Source: Vicugna vicugna (Eukaryota). Taken from it: a stretch of 64,000 nt of DNA. Under the pieces are notes generated by a model. The model had not been told where the DNA came from. It ran no database searches and saw only the letters and a list, made by a program, of their open reading frames with translations. Both the position numbers and the translations under genes were made by a program. The stretch lies in the NCBI GenBank assembly GCA_013265495.1, contig MU058844.1, positions 4,889,535-4,953,534 on the forward strand, in the 5' to 3' direction. This document shows positions 52,041-64,000 of this stretch, one piece after another (position 1 is the stretch's first letter; each line of letters starts with the position of its first letter).

Positions 52041-52194
52041 TACAAAAAAGTCAAAAAAACAAAAACAAACAAAAAATCAGGACAACCAAAAAAACAAAAA
52101 AACTATCACTATGAAAGATGGAAAAATAAAGGAAGAATAATTGGAAAAGAACTGACTCTATCCTACACATTACCTGAATATTATTTTTCCTGAA

Positions 52195-52232
<38 letters not shown>
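52195..52232. repeat. (TTA)n microsatellite
   Basis: Perfect TAT/TTA run of about 12 units. Confidence 0.95.
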
Positions 52233-52233
<1 letters not shown>

Positions 52234-54147
52234 GCAAGGAAAAAGGAAAAAGTTTTGTAATTCATTTCAGAATTATTAAAGATCATATAAATAGATTGGC
52301 ACAATGAACTTTTACATCTTTTAAATCTATCTTTTATTTCCCTTCATCTATGTCATTATCCATAGTCCAGTTAACTTTAAGGAAAAAGAACAAATGATTA
52401 ATATATTTAAAGCCAAAAGAGATCTGGGAATTAGGATGAAAAAGCCAATATCTGCTGTCATTACAGAATCTGGAGAGACTATTTCGTTATGTTGTCTAAA
52501 ATTTCCTTAAATGCATGAAAGAAATAGTACATTTATTTTTATATCACTGTTTCCCCTTTTCTTGTAACAAGGACTGTGAGCAGTGACATTAATCTGTTGA
52601 CTGTTGCTGAATATATCAGATACGCTTCATAAATGCACACCTGCTGTGCTGCTGAAAGAGCCTGGTATTTTCTGATGCTCCGTTGAATACAATGGACTGA
52701 CAGCTTAAAAAGGCAGAACAAAAGATGGGTAGGACGAAAGTCCAATAGTAAATGGGTTAATAATACACTGTAATACAGTCCTTACTGAAATCAGTTATTA
52801 CTGAAAAGAATGAAGGGACAACAAAATCTTAAATAAAACCTATTTTATGACATATAGCAATACTAGAACTTGGGCTAAAATAGATATACTACTCAGATTG
52901 AACTCTTCATAGATTCTTGAATTCATGGTTCTGTGGCTTTTTTTTTTTAAAGTCTGAGTTATTTAGAAGTGATGGCCTTGAATGTGAGCTAGTCAAGTTA
53001 TGCATAATACTTACACATTAGAATGCACAGAAATTTTATCAGAAAAAATTGGCATATCATACTCCCCTATGTAACATTACATTTTAAAATTTTCAACAAA
53101 AGGCCTATAAAACCTCTGTGTATAGCTATATAATGGCTCCCAATTGTTGTAAGAAATAGCTCAGTCTATGGAAAACATTATAAAGAAATTTCATTCAGCT
53201 GTAAATATATCTATTCCTTTGACATGGTCATAGCAATTCAAGCATGAGAATGAATACAAAATATGCCTTACCAAACCTGAAAAGGGGATTTTCCTGAATT
53301 TTAAAAATTATATGCACCTTCTAAGAAGTGAGAAGATTTGGGGATACTTCAATTAAAGCTATTAGACACATGGACCTTTAAGGTGAAAGTATCCCAGTAA
53401 TTAGTCCTTCTTTTGTAGTTATAGCTCTGAAAATGTACTTTCTTTTTCCTTTGTAATTTTTGAATATCTTACTACAACTTTCAAACTGTAAAGCTCATAC
53501 ATTAAAAAGTTAAAGTTCTACATTTAAACAGAATATACAATGTCCATATACTTCTATTATCTATTTCAGGTTATTTTAGGTTTAAGTTTATTATCATATA
53601 AAATATGTATTATTTGAGTGTGAATATCTGTATTCTTACAGAAAACCTAGATTTTGTCAATTAATAAAAATACTGATGGTCATAATACTCAAAGAATAGA
53701 AAACTAGTTTTTCTACCCATGTTTTGTCAGTTCTAGTTTCTTTTTTGGAATAAAATAATAATTTTATAGGCTTGGAATTTGTAATACCCACAGCAACCAT
53801 GGCCTTTAATAATTTTTTACATTGCAAAAATATTTCACTTTTAGTAAGTTTTGATAAATTACACTATAATTAATCACTTTAGTCCTTGTTTTATACCTGG
53901 AGCCATTCTGCAATCCTCTTTTTCAGAGATGTTTAACTTTTCCACATACTTCCAGAAAATTATTGTATTTCCTTTTAAGTTTCACTTGGCTAAACTTGTA
54001 TATATTTATTTCTTTAATGTCTTTTTTTTCTTCTCCCAAGAAAACCTCTCTGACTTGTTCAGAGCACTAAAGGTTGTTCTCTGAATTTCTTTCCTTTTCT
54101 CTTCATCTTTTGGGACTGATGTTTGATATTTCAGGTGTGGTGGTGGT

Positions 54148-54275
54148 AGGGCATAGCTGATTTGTAGCATTTGTCTATTTCTGTGGTATAAATAGCCCTT
54201 TTAGGGTTATTTTAAGCTAAGAGATACACATTTGGCCTTTGAGAGCCTATGGAAGAAAGCTCTAGTTCACTACTG
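54148..54275 (-). mobile_element. MER63-like hAT-Blackjack MITE fragment
   Basis: Reverse complement CAGTAGTGAACTAGAGC...TATTTATACCACAGAAATAGACAAATGCTACAAATCAG. Confidence 0.7.
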
Positions 54276-54357
54276 AATTTATCTATTCCTCTTCTTTGTG
54301 GTCAGCTGTTTCATAATCTACTAGATTGCCCTATGGTTATTCAAGAAAGTTGAGCAC

Positions 54358-54764
54358 TGTTGAAATAACTTTCTAGGCCCAAGATGGAGTCACCTCTGCC
54401 TGGGGTGCCATGTCAAACTTTCTTAGATAACTTAGATAACTTTCTTGTAAATGTAGAAACTTAGATAACTTAGATAACTTTCTTGTAAATGCTCCCATTG
54501 ACCAGAAACTCAGTATGGCCAGTAAGCCAATCCTCAAATGCTAAGCCAACTCTGGGCTTTCTTATTGCAAATGGTTGACCATGTGGTCCTAGCCAATCAT
54601 ATATTTTCTATTTTTTTCTCTTCCTGTTCTTTATTCTTTATCCTAAAAGAGTCTTCTGCCTTCCTCCCATTTTGCAGTTCTCTGAATGGAGACTGTCCAC
54701 TTCATGAAATGTTAAATAAAGTTTATATCTATCACCTAAATTGCCTTCTTTAATCATTTTAACA
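54358..54764 (+). mobile_element. Solo ERV1-class LTR
   Basis: Termini TGTTGAAAT / ATTTTAACA; GGCCCAAGATGGAGTCA; CCAAT boxes; AATAAA 54715-54720; flanks GCAC/CCAC (4-bp TSD, 1 mismatch). Confidence 0.85.
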
Positions 54765-55149
54765 CCACTGTTAACTAAGTTTCTCTGGATTGCTTGTAAC
54801 AGTTACTTTCCTTTTATTCCCACTATAAATGCATAATTTTCCATGTTAGAACATGACTAGAAGTTGGACATTCTAACTCTGAATAGATATTGTATGTATT
54901 GTCAACCCCATTTCCCGTTCTTTCAACAGCATTTGGCTTCTTATAAATTTCAGTGTATCAATACAAAACCATTATGCTATTATTTTCTTTATTTCTAATA
55001 TCTTTGATTTCTTGATTCATCATATGAAGTGATTTTCTTCTGAATCACTTCTAGTTTCTTTCCTAATGTTCTGACCACTCCTTTTAAGTTAATCATTGCA
55101 GGCTTCTCCTTTACCAGTCCTATAAATGAGTTTTTCTCATATTTTAGTA

Positions 55150-55305
55150 TATGAAAGAATCAAATGAAGAGTATAAAAAAATGTAGTATCCTGAATCTAA
55201 CAGATTCTGATTTAATAGATTACATCCCACTCCAGGAGCAGCATTTTTACCAGCACCAAGATGATTTTTATGTGAATGATTCGTGGACCATGTTTGGATA
55301 AATAC
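55150..55305. mobile_element. MER5B-like MITE
   Basis: CAGATTCTGATTTAATAG...GCATTTTTACCAGCACC..GATGATTTTTATG...GTGGACCATGTTTGG. Confidence 0.65.
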
Positions 55306-55829
55306 CACATAAATCTTACTGTTCTCCTTTATAGCTCTGTCTCATGTCCTTTCCTTTGGTGATATTATTTTCCCTAGCTTAAACATGCAATGGGGATATA
55401 TATATATATATAAAATATATATTTTAAACTTTGTTCAAACATAGTCACCAAACACCCTTTTTAAAGTATTGCAGAAGTTGGTATAATATTAAGACCACTA
55501 GTTCATTGTGACAAAATGTTTTGTGTGCATCTCCATGAAAATATGTTTAGGCAGATCAAAATTTACAAAAAATTCCTCCTCAAGGGAAAGAGGGAACTCA
55601 CACAAAGAGTTAAAAACAATGTGGTTAAAAAAAAAAACTCAAAAAAACAAACAAATGAACAACAAGGTGTAATATCTAAATGTGGTGTAGAATTGTTTTG
55701 AGTAGAAAATAAACGGGCATTCAAAAATATCTTAATTAGTTCCCAGGTTTCTAGTTGTACTGAAATGTCTTCATCTTTGTGTGTTTATATGTAGCATCTC
55801 ACAGATGGGAAAAAGAAAAGTGCTGACAA

Positions 55830-55950
55830 ATTACAGCAGCCTGGTTTAAAACCTTGAATGGTTCTGCTGTGACTAGTTATGTGAATTTAGTAAGTGATTT
55901 CAGCATTCTAACCTTTCACTTATCCGTTCTTGAAAGAGGCATGAAATTGT
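55830..55950 (+). mobile_element. MIR fragment
   Basis: GGTTCTGCTGTGACTAGTTATGTGAATTTAGTAAGTGATTT. Confidence 0.55.
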
Positions 55951-56289
55951 CTATGTATTCAGTCTGTAGGTCCCTTTCTAATCGAACTCAGGGTTCATTA
56001 ACCACAGACTAACAGGTTTTGGGGGAGTTCAGTAAGAACACAGGCTACCTCACTAAATTGTCACTCACACATGGTCTTTATCTTCTGAGCCAAATTAGTG
56101 CATATCTTCCATTAACACTGCTCCTAACATGGAAGGCACTGCATTCCTACATCGTAAGTCATCCTCACACTTAAACCTCCCCAAAAAATTGAATGTCTTC
56201 CTTAGCCTCACAGGTATAAGCTAAGTCCATTAATGTTTTATGGTATATGTTGTTGTGTTTTTCTGATTGGAATCTCCTTATTCAGATAT

Positions 56290-56720
56290 TTAATTCATAT
56301 TTTGACATTTTATACTTAAATAACTTACTCATTTTGCAATATATGTTGTGCTTGATATCTGGTTTAGGTAAAATGAGATTTCTTTTCCAAAAACCCAATC
56401 AAATATTCTAATGTATTATTAAATGTTTACTCTAGTCACGAATTTTAATACTTTATTGTATATTAGAGTATTAACTATACCTGTTTCTATTCTTGGTTGG
56501 CAACTTCTCTATGAATTTTTCCATCAATAAAACACTGGTTTAATTAGTAGTTTTAGTACCTGAAAGAATCATTGTATCTCTCATTATTCTAAATTTACAA
56601 TTTCACATATATATTGCAGCCTACTAATTACCTAAGAAAATTTTTGAGCTTTTTTTAACAAATTGTAAAAAAAAAATTATATGGGAAATTACATTGGAAT
56701 TAGTTTAAATTTAGAAATTA
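56290..56720 (-). mobile_element. Highly decayed L1M ORF2 fragment
   Basis: AAAACACTGGTTTAATTAG; GGGAAATTACATTGGAATTAGTTTAAATTTAGAAATTATTTT. Confidence 0.55.
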
Positions 56721-59700
56721 TTTTACCTTATTACTCAGGGCTTCCTTGGTCTAGATACATACCATTAGAATTTTTGTTAATTCAATCCAATAGCACATCC
56801 TTGGTAGGTAAGTGAAGCAATCCATAATTGGTAAATAACTGAGAATGCTAACTATATGGCATTAGAGCCATGGGGTTAGGCAGGCTGAGCAGACAAAATG
56901 AGGAACGTTGGACCTCAGACTAGAGATGAGGGTTACTGACAGTTTCACAGCAAATGGCAGAATGAAAATATATTAACAAGTGTAGACAAACATATAGGAC
57001 CAGAACCAACCTCATCTTGCTTTCCACACCAATTATTATGTCATTTAACTCTAACACTTCTAGAAGTTGAGACTTAGGAATTTGAGGATAAGAGGAAAGC
57101 ATGGGAAAAGTCTGAATTGACTAAGTTTATTTGGAATTGAAGAGGTAACATTTTTCCAATTCATAGAATGGGGGCTTGGGACAAAAATGATCACATTTAA
57201 TTTTGGCATGCTATCAATTTCTGGATGGGGGCTCAAAAACTTAAGGTTTCTTTTGGTAAACAAAACAAAACCAAATTTTGCATTAACATTCAGTCTAATT
57301 CTCAATAGCACTTCAGCTTCACTAATTTGGAACCCATCTTAGAATCAATTAATATTAAAATATTTTTCTTTTACAGACACATCATTATTCCTGGCAAATC
57401 ACACATTCAACCTTCAACATAAAGTTCCAGAAAGACTTATCCCACTCATTTATCAGTGAAATTTTCATGTTGGAACTAATTATTTTTAATTGTATATATA
57501 GAAGGTGACTTTTCCACATAGACAATAATTTTTGAGACTCTGGACCTCAGAGCACTAATTTTAATTAGTTTATACATTTGTTCAACTCACAGTTTCAAGG
57601 TCCCTGCCCTATTTCAAAAATTACATATCCTTATCTGTAAAAACAGAAAGATTAGCTCACCCATATTAAACAGAGTTACTCATGGTTGAATGTGATAACA
57701 TAAGATGTGTGTAAGCATAGAATTTTAATTTTTATTGTGTTTAGCCTTCTTTCTATTAACTATTCCTTTAGGGAGAAGAGGATTCTAGACAGCCAATACT
57801 TTTTTTTTTCCTTTTTAAATTTTAACTTTATGCACTCTCCCTCCCATATAATCCACATCTAAAATACTGGAATTTACCCTTTTCCCCCCTAGATCAGGAT
57901 TCTTCATCATTTTAAATCTGAAATGTGAATTTGTCTCTTGTTAATTGATCCTTTAAGTAGTCATCTTGTTGATCACCAAGTCAACTGAGAATCTTCAGTT
58001 GTATTACAGCTCATTACCTCTCCCATGCCAGTTTCTGTTTTCTATTACAAATGCAGAAAAGTTGTTTCCTACTCGCAGGCTTTTTTGATTTGCTTCTGCA
58101 TGTTACCTAGATGATCCCTGAATGCTGGAAGCAACCTCAAGTTTTTCATTTCTTGTAATTCTGTGTAACAAAACTGAGGGGAAAGGGTACAAATTCTAAG
58201 CTATTATTATCTACCATTGTACTGTCTCTTGCATCAAAGGAGATGTGAGTCCAAAAGAATGGAGGGATATCAAAATACCAAAGATCTTTCATTGCCCAGA
58301 CATTCCTGTAAACCTCTCTATGGTCTCATTAGCCCCCTTGAGGACAACCTCTTTCTTTTCCAAGATAAGAAAAGGGACTGAAAAAGGAAGTGAGAGGAAG
58401 AAGTTCTTAGATTCTCTTCAATTTTTTTCCTCTTCATTTTGAATGCACTGCCATGTAGCATTCACAAATCTCAGGAATATGAGCTGAGCAACTCAAGTCC
58501 AAAAAATCTAATGAGGTCCCCAGTCTTTGAACTCCTTATTGCATATCTTCATCAGATTATTTAGGTATGTGTCAAAGTCAGGAGTAGATTCTTTTTCTAG
58601 GTCAGATCTAATTTCAGAGGCAGAAATTTTAGGATAATATATACCTAGAGATAAGGTGAAATATTTTTTCTACCCCTCTTTATTTTCTTCCAAAAACACT
58701 ATGCCATGATTTTCATATAATACCATGTGGATGTTCGTGCAGTGGACTCTTTCAAAAAAAGTCCATCTTGCTAACTGGGTCCTCCACACATTATGGGGTA
58801 ATAGAGAGGGGGTTTGCCTACAAGTGGATTACTTTCTCAAAGGGAAGAAATGTTTTAGGTGTGTTACAACCTGTCCCAGGGAGCATCCAATTATAGCTCC
58901 ATTACCTAATTAAGACAGCTTTAATGTTCAGGTGCTTCCCTATGCTTCAGTTTGAGCAGTAAAAGCAAGCTGATGGGGTTTTTGAACCAAGGTTTCATAG
59001 CAGAACGTTGCAAGCACTGCATGCTTCATTTACAGTAATTACATGAAATTTATCTTTGTAAGAAAAGTATACACATATCTTGGCATAGCTTTCTTGAGGA
59101 AAACAGATAATTGTCACAATTTGTTATACCCATCTTTCATCCTCCTAAGCAAGATAAAACAAAACAAAACACACGAATGAGTGATAAAGAATTATAGGCC
59201 TCTAAAACGTATTTTACCAAGGTCTCTTGGAACTCAGATTTTGAAGGAAGTTCTACTGATGCCAAAGAGTGATAAGGGAGAGACCCAGAGAGATAAGTTG
59301 CTTCATGTATGTTTTTCAGAAAATAAAAATTAAGTAATCCTCAGGTTTTGAAATAAAGTAGAAAACTGTTCCATCCCCTCTCCACTTGATGCACATTGCC
59401 CTTAAGTCTCAAGCACTGGGCAGCTGGGAGTCTGCTGCTCTGTTCCTTTCTTTCGAGGGAGAGGGGGCAAACAGAATGCTCTTTTCTCCCCTTTCCAGCT
59501 CCACTTTACCTTCTTTCCCATCCCTTTCTCTTTACCCTTGCTTCTTTCTTGAGGCTTTTGTTTTTTTAATTTTAAATCATTTTTAAAAAGGCATCTTAAA
59601 AAAAAATTTGATTGGAAGAGACCATAATAACTGAAATAATGATGTTTCTTTTATCATTAGCCAAAGAAGCTGGGGAAGAGTGCTGGGAAAGTGAAGATGG

Positions 59701-60289
59701 TAGAACTATTCAGGTTTTAAATGCCTTATGTATCACAACAAACGTGATTTTTTTTCTGCCCGTCTCATTCATACCTGCAGTTGTTTTCACATGCTCACTC
59801 ATTAGTATGGTGATCCTCCTTAAAGAGAACTGTTTATTGTCTTGTTCATATTCTTCTGCATCTTCAGGAAGCAAAGTTCTTACATGTCCCAAGACATATA
59901 CGTATGTGATTATTTTGTATGCTGACCTCATGTTCAGATTTCTATAGATACTGTATTTTGCTCCATGCTTTAAATAGTTACTCATCTTAACCTTCTGTCG
60001 AATAGTTAAAACTGTACAACTATTAGAATAGATGTGAATTTTATGTACAAATTGATTAGAATTTGGTGACACATTGTAAAATTCAGAAGTACACAGTGCC
60101 CTGGCAAAAAAGCAGATTACAGCAATCACTGTAGCTTTAGGCCATGAATTTCTTTGTTTCCATTTATTGTCTCTGAATTTTTCTGCTTACACAGAAAATA
60201 CACTACACAGATTTTTAAAACTGACTCCTCTGTTGTAATTTATTTCCATAATTTAAGGCAGCACTGGTAATTCTGTACAAAGAGTGAGG

Positions 60290-60470
60290 AGAGGTGAATT
60301 CTAGTCCAAAATCATAATTCCCCGGATATATTGTAGGTCTTTTCATTTGTAAAATGAGGCACGCCAATCCCCCATTTATTTCACAAAGTCATTGAATGAC
60401 TCAAATGAGATGACAAATGTGAATGTGCCTTAACAGTAGTGAGTACTAAATGTAAGGTGTTGTTATTATT
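60290..60470 (+). mobile_element. MIR 3' fragment
   Basis: TTTCATTTGTAAAATGAGG...CAAATGAGATGACAAATGTGAATGTGC...AAATGTAAGGTGTTGTTATTATT. Confidence 0.75.
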
Positions 60471-61714
60471 TCCTTTTCCTTCCTACAGATGTCTCAGATT
60501 GGTTTTTCCAAAGAGAATTAAGTAAGTTTATTACACTATGTGATAGGCTATTCTGAGTTTTTGGTTATATTTTATTTTCAGTTTTCAAATTTTCTGACAG
60601 AATTTCCTGTAGAAACTAATGATGGCACTTTTTAACAGTTTCTGAATTCCCTGGAGTATGATTGCTGTAATATTTTCTAAGAACTACTAAAACTTAGCAT
60701 GACTTTCTCTTCTCAATGTTAAAGTAACTGGATTGTGTAGTAGTAAGCTTTTCCAGTATTTGCTCCCTTACAGCTCAATGATTTTCTGAAATGCATATCT
60801 TCAATTGATTAGGATATAATTTCTTGATTTATTTCTAAACAACAAATACAAAAAGTAGAAAGGTCTGTTATTTTTCTCTCCTTAGGAACATTTCTAAGCC
60901 TAATGAAATTTTTTAAAGGTCGGTTAAAGGTTTACTGATTTCTTTGCTCTTCTCCCTTAATCTTCTTAATGCTGTGTATGCCAGCTAAAATTGGTGCTTT
61001 ATCAATTTCAAGTGCCTTAGCTTGCTTAACTTGTCTGTTGTGCCTGAAAAACAAATCAAATGTTTGAATCAGTGTCATATCCTATTAGTATATATAAAGC
61101 AATTTAAGATATTATTTAATTTGACATTCTGAAAAAAGATAAATTTGATTTTACTAGTGCATAAGCACATGCACAAATTATAGATAAGAGATTATAAATC
61201 TCAAAATTATGCTTGTTACTTTCTTGAGAAACAATATCAAAGTATTCTAAAAAACATTTGTCATCAAATTCTAGATATTTGGGCAAATAAATTATCTTCT
61301 CATCAAATAGTTAGGATTGTTTTCCTGGTACTCATGCAACTGTCTGATAATAATTTGCATATTTTTGAATCTTCATAAAGTTTCTTAGGCCACGATGATT
61401 TATTAAATTGGTGCCACAAAATAATAATTCAAATTTGTGATTACAAGTAACATTTAATATTTTAAACATCAGAAAATATCCCTCCCCTTTTTTCTAAAAG
61501 GTGAAAGATGTCTTGATTGAACCTCAAGTGTTACATATGTGTGCCAAATATGGCTTCCAAGAGAGCTGCCATTTGGACAAAATGAATTTCTATTGTACAT
61601 CTTCATTGAAAAAAATTGTCTTGGTTTTTTGTTTACTGATTTATTGTTTACTTGTTATTATAAATGTACTATATTTAAAAGTGAAACAATTTATCTAATA
61701 TATATTAAATATCT

Positions 61715-61920
61715 ACCTTGTGTCAGGTACCTTTCACACATTGTTATAAGCTTTTCTCCAAAATAACTCCCCAATCAAGATGTTCCTTTCCATTTTATTT
61801 TTTAATAGAGAGCAAATTAGGACCTTTGGATGTTATTAAGTAAATTTCTTGGGAAAGAAATAAATACATAGTAGACCTCAGAACCAGGGTTCAGGGGTTC
61901 AGGCCAGGACTTTCTGACTT
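61715..61920 (-). mobile_element. MIR
   Basis: TTAAATATCTACCTTGTGTCAGGTAC...CCATTTTA...TTAAGTAAATTTC...GGGGTTCAGGCCAGG. Confidence 0.6.
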
Positions 61921-62049
61921 CTATGAGCATAACACAAGTTGAGAGGAAGAATGTTCCTTAGATCTTCATTTATGGTGCATGAGAAAGTTATCCTGCAAAA
62001 CATATGGCATTCTCAAACTAGAAATGTAGATGGATCTCTTACATTTCTC

Positions 62050-62510
62050 TATTTAGGAATACATTTGGTTGCAAATAAAAGAAAATTAAACCCACATATG
62101 TGTCACCAAACAATGTAAACGAAGGCTATTTGTAATTTATAGAAAAAAGTTCAAGAATATGACTGGCATAAGATGTTCAGTAATACTACTGGGGACCAGG
62201 GCTCTTGCTATAATTTTGCTTAAAAATTTTTTTTAAACTGTGTTTTTTTATTGTGCTCATAACCTTGGAGTCACAATATAGCTACTGTACCTTCAGGCAT
62301 CATACTTTGAGCCTATTACAGGCCAGTGGCAGGAGAAAAAGAAAAGACCATTACTCGCTGACTTCTGCTTATATCTTTCTAGCTTGAAAAGGGCCACATA
62401 ACTATCTCTGACTGGGAAGCTATGAAGTTAAGATTTAACATTTGTATCAGAGAAAGGATAAGGACGTTGGAAATGGAATTTTGAATAGCTAACCTAAAAC
62501 ATCTGCTGTA
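62050..62510 (-). mobile_element. Old MaLR LTR (MLT1K/L-like)
   Basis: TTTGGTTGCAAATAAAAGAAAA; GTCACAATATAGCTACTGTACCTTCAGGCATCA; GACTTCTGCTTATATCT...GGGCCACATAACTA. Confidence 0.7.
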
Positions 62511-62659
62511 CACACATGTTATCCTATATACCTTACGTTTTTAGAACTAGTCCAAATCTATGTTTTCATTCATTAATTTATTTTGTCAGACATTCAAGAA
62601 CTATTTATTCAGTTCTATTGTTGGGTACTGAGAATATATCTGTGAACAAAAAAGGCAAT

Positions 62660-63775
62660 ACCTATCTTTAAAAAAGTGTACAAAAATCAATTCCAAATAC
62701 ATTCCAGGTCTAAATGTTAAAGACAAATGAAAAAAGCCTTTTCAAGAAAAGATAGAACATCTTTGTGACCTTGGAGTAGACAAAGGTTTCTTAAAGAAGA
62801 CATATACACACACAAACACTAACTATATACAGAGTGACACATTGAACTATATTAAGATTGAGAACAGCTGACATCAAAAAACACCATTAACAGAGTGCAA
62901 AGGGATCTCACAAGGCTGAAGAATATAGTCACAAAGTATAAAGCTAACAAGAATTTCTACAGTCAATAAAAAAATGAAATATAGCCCAATTTAAAATAGG
63001 TAAAACATGCAAATAAAGATTTGTTTAAAAGAAAATACATATATCTATAAACATTAAAAGATCTTTAATCATGTTAATCATCATGAAATTCAAATTAAGG
63101 CAACAATGAGATTCTACTATATACTTGCCAAAATAGGCACAATGAAAAAAGGCTGAAAATCTCCATTGTTTGCAAGTATTTGGAGCAACTGAAACTCTGT
63201 AGAGTACAAATTAGTGCAATCACTTTTAAAACCTGTTTATCATTATTGCCTATAGCTGAACATGTGTGCTTTTCACTCTAGCATTTTGAACTCTAGGTGT
63301 ATGCTCAAAAAAGATCCATATATTTCTTCACCAAAAGATATGTAAGAAAGTTCATAGCAACAACATTGATGATAGCCAAAAGCTGGAAATAACCTAAACA
63401 TATATCACTGCTAGAATGGATAAATAAATCATGGTGTATTTGTATAGTGGGATACCCTACAATGAGGAGAATAAACAACTTACAATTGCATGCAGCAGTA
63501 TGGATGGATCTCATAAACATAATGCTGAAAAAAATGGAGCGGCAGTGAACCTAGCCTATGTTCCATTTATATAAAATGCCAAAAAAGGCAAAGGTGACCT
63601 ATTCTGTTAAATTCAGAAGAGTAGTTAAACCTTGTGGGGAGGAAAAGTGAGGACAGGAACAGAGAATGAACAGAATTTCCTGAGTATTAGTAATAAACTC
63701 TTCCTTAATATTGGAGTTTTTTATACAGGTGTTTTGTTTGTGAGAATGCATCCAGCTCGACACTGTGACATATAT
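62660..63775 (+). mobile_element. L1ME-type ORF2 3' end and 3' UTR
   Basis: CTTTGTGACCTTGGAGTAGACAAAG; GGAGCAACTGAAACTCT; ATAGCCAAAAGCTGGAAATAACC; TGGATGGATCTCATAAACATAATGCTGA. Confidence 0.9.
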
Positions 63776-64000
63776 AATTTTCCTTTTAAACAGTATCCTT
63801 CGATAAAAAGTTAAAAGAAAAAACAAAAAAGAAAACAGATCTGATACTGACCTCAAAGAGGTTATTGAATAATGGAAGAGAGACATATTACGTGACAGTT
63901 ATGAGCATCACTGTGTTAACATGAGTTTTGCTACCTAGCTTGTAGGATAATCACAAGTCTTTCAAAGAAAGTTAAGCGAGGTACTCTTATTCAGATGGGA

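Noticed and set aside
58588..58606. Second AG|GT junction (TTCTTTTTCTAG|GTCAGA)
   Set aside because: Short pyrimidine tract and weaker donor; consistent with chance.
59710..60129. 139-aa minus-strand ORF
   Set aside because: Non-ATG start, no recognisable similarity, no supporting splice structure.

Overview
AT-rich, CpG-poor mammalian genomic DNA. It is very probably camelid: it has one vic-1-type tRNA-derived SINE and camelid-type L1 3' ends, and I saw no Alu, B1/B2 or Bov-tA/BovB. I recognise no intact protein-coding gene, RNA gene, CpG island or promoter. The ORF track consists of chance ORFs or decayed L1/ERV frames. The window looks like a gene desert or a very long intron and is largely a layered fossil record of transposons: L2/MIR, hAT MITEs (MER5, MER33, MER45A, MER58A, MER63), MaLR LTRs, an ERVL gag-pro remnant with an LTR16-like LTR, four solo ERV1-class LTRs with 4-bp TSDs, old L1M fragments and two lineage-specific L1s with 5' inversions. 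The best-supported oddities are a recent templated insertion plus duplication at 36.2 kb, the two twin-primed L1s, a solo LTR with amplified GATA motifs, a candidate recursive splice site (37563/37564) and a candidate 33-nt micro-exon (60489-60521). Several repeat-free islands could be conserved enhancers. I found no evidence that establishes a new biological system. Repeat family names come from remembered consensus sequences, and boundaries without a stated TSD are approximate.
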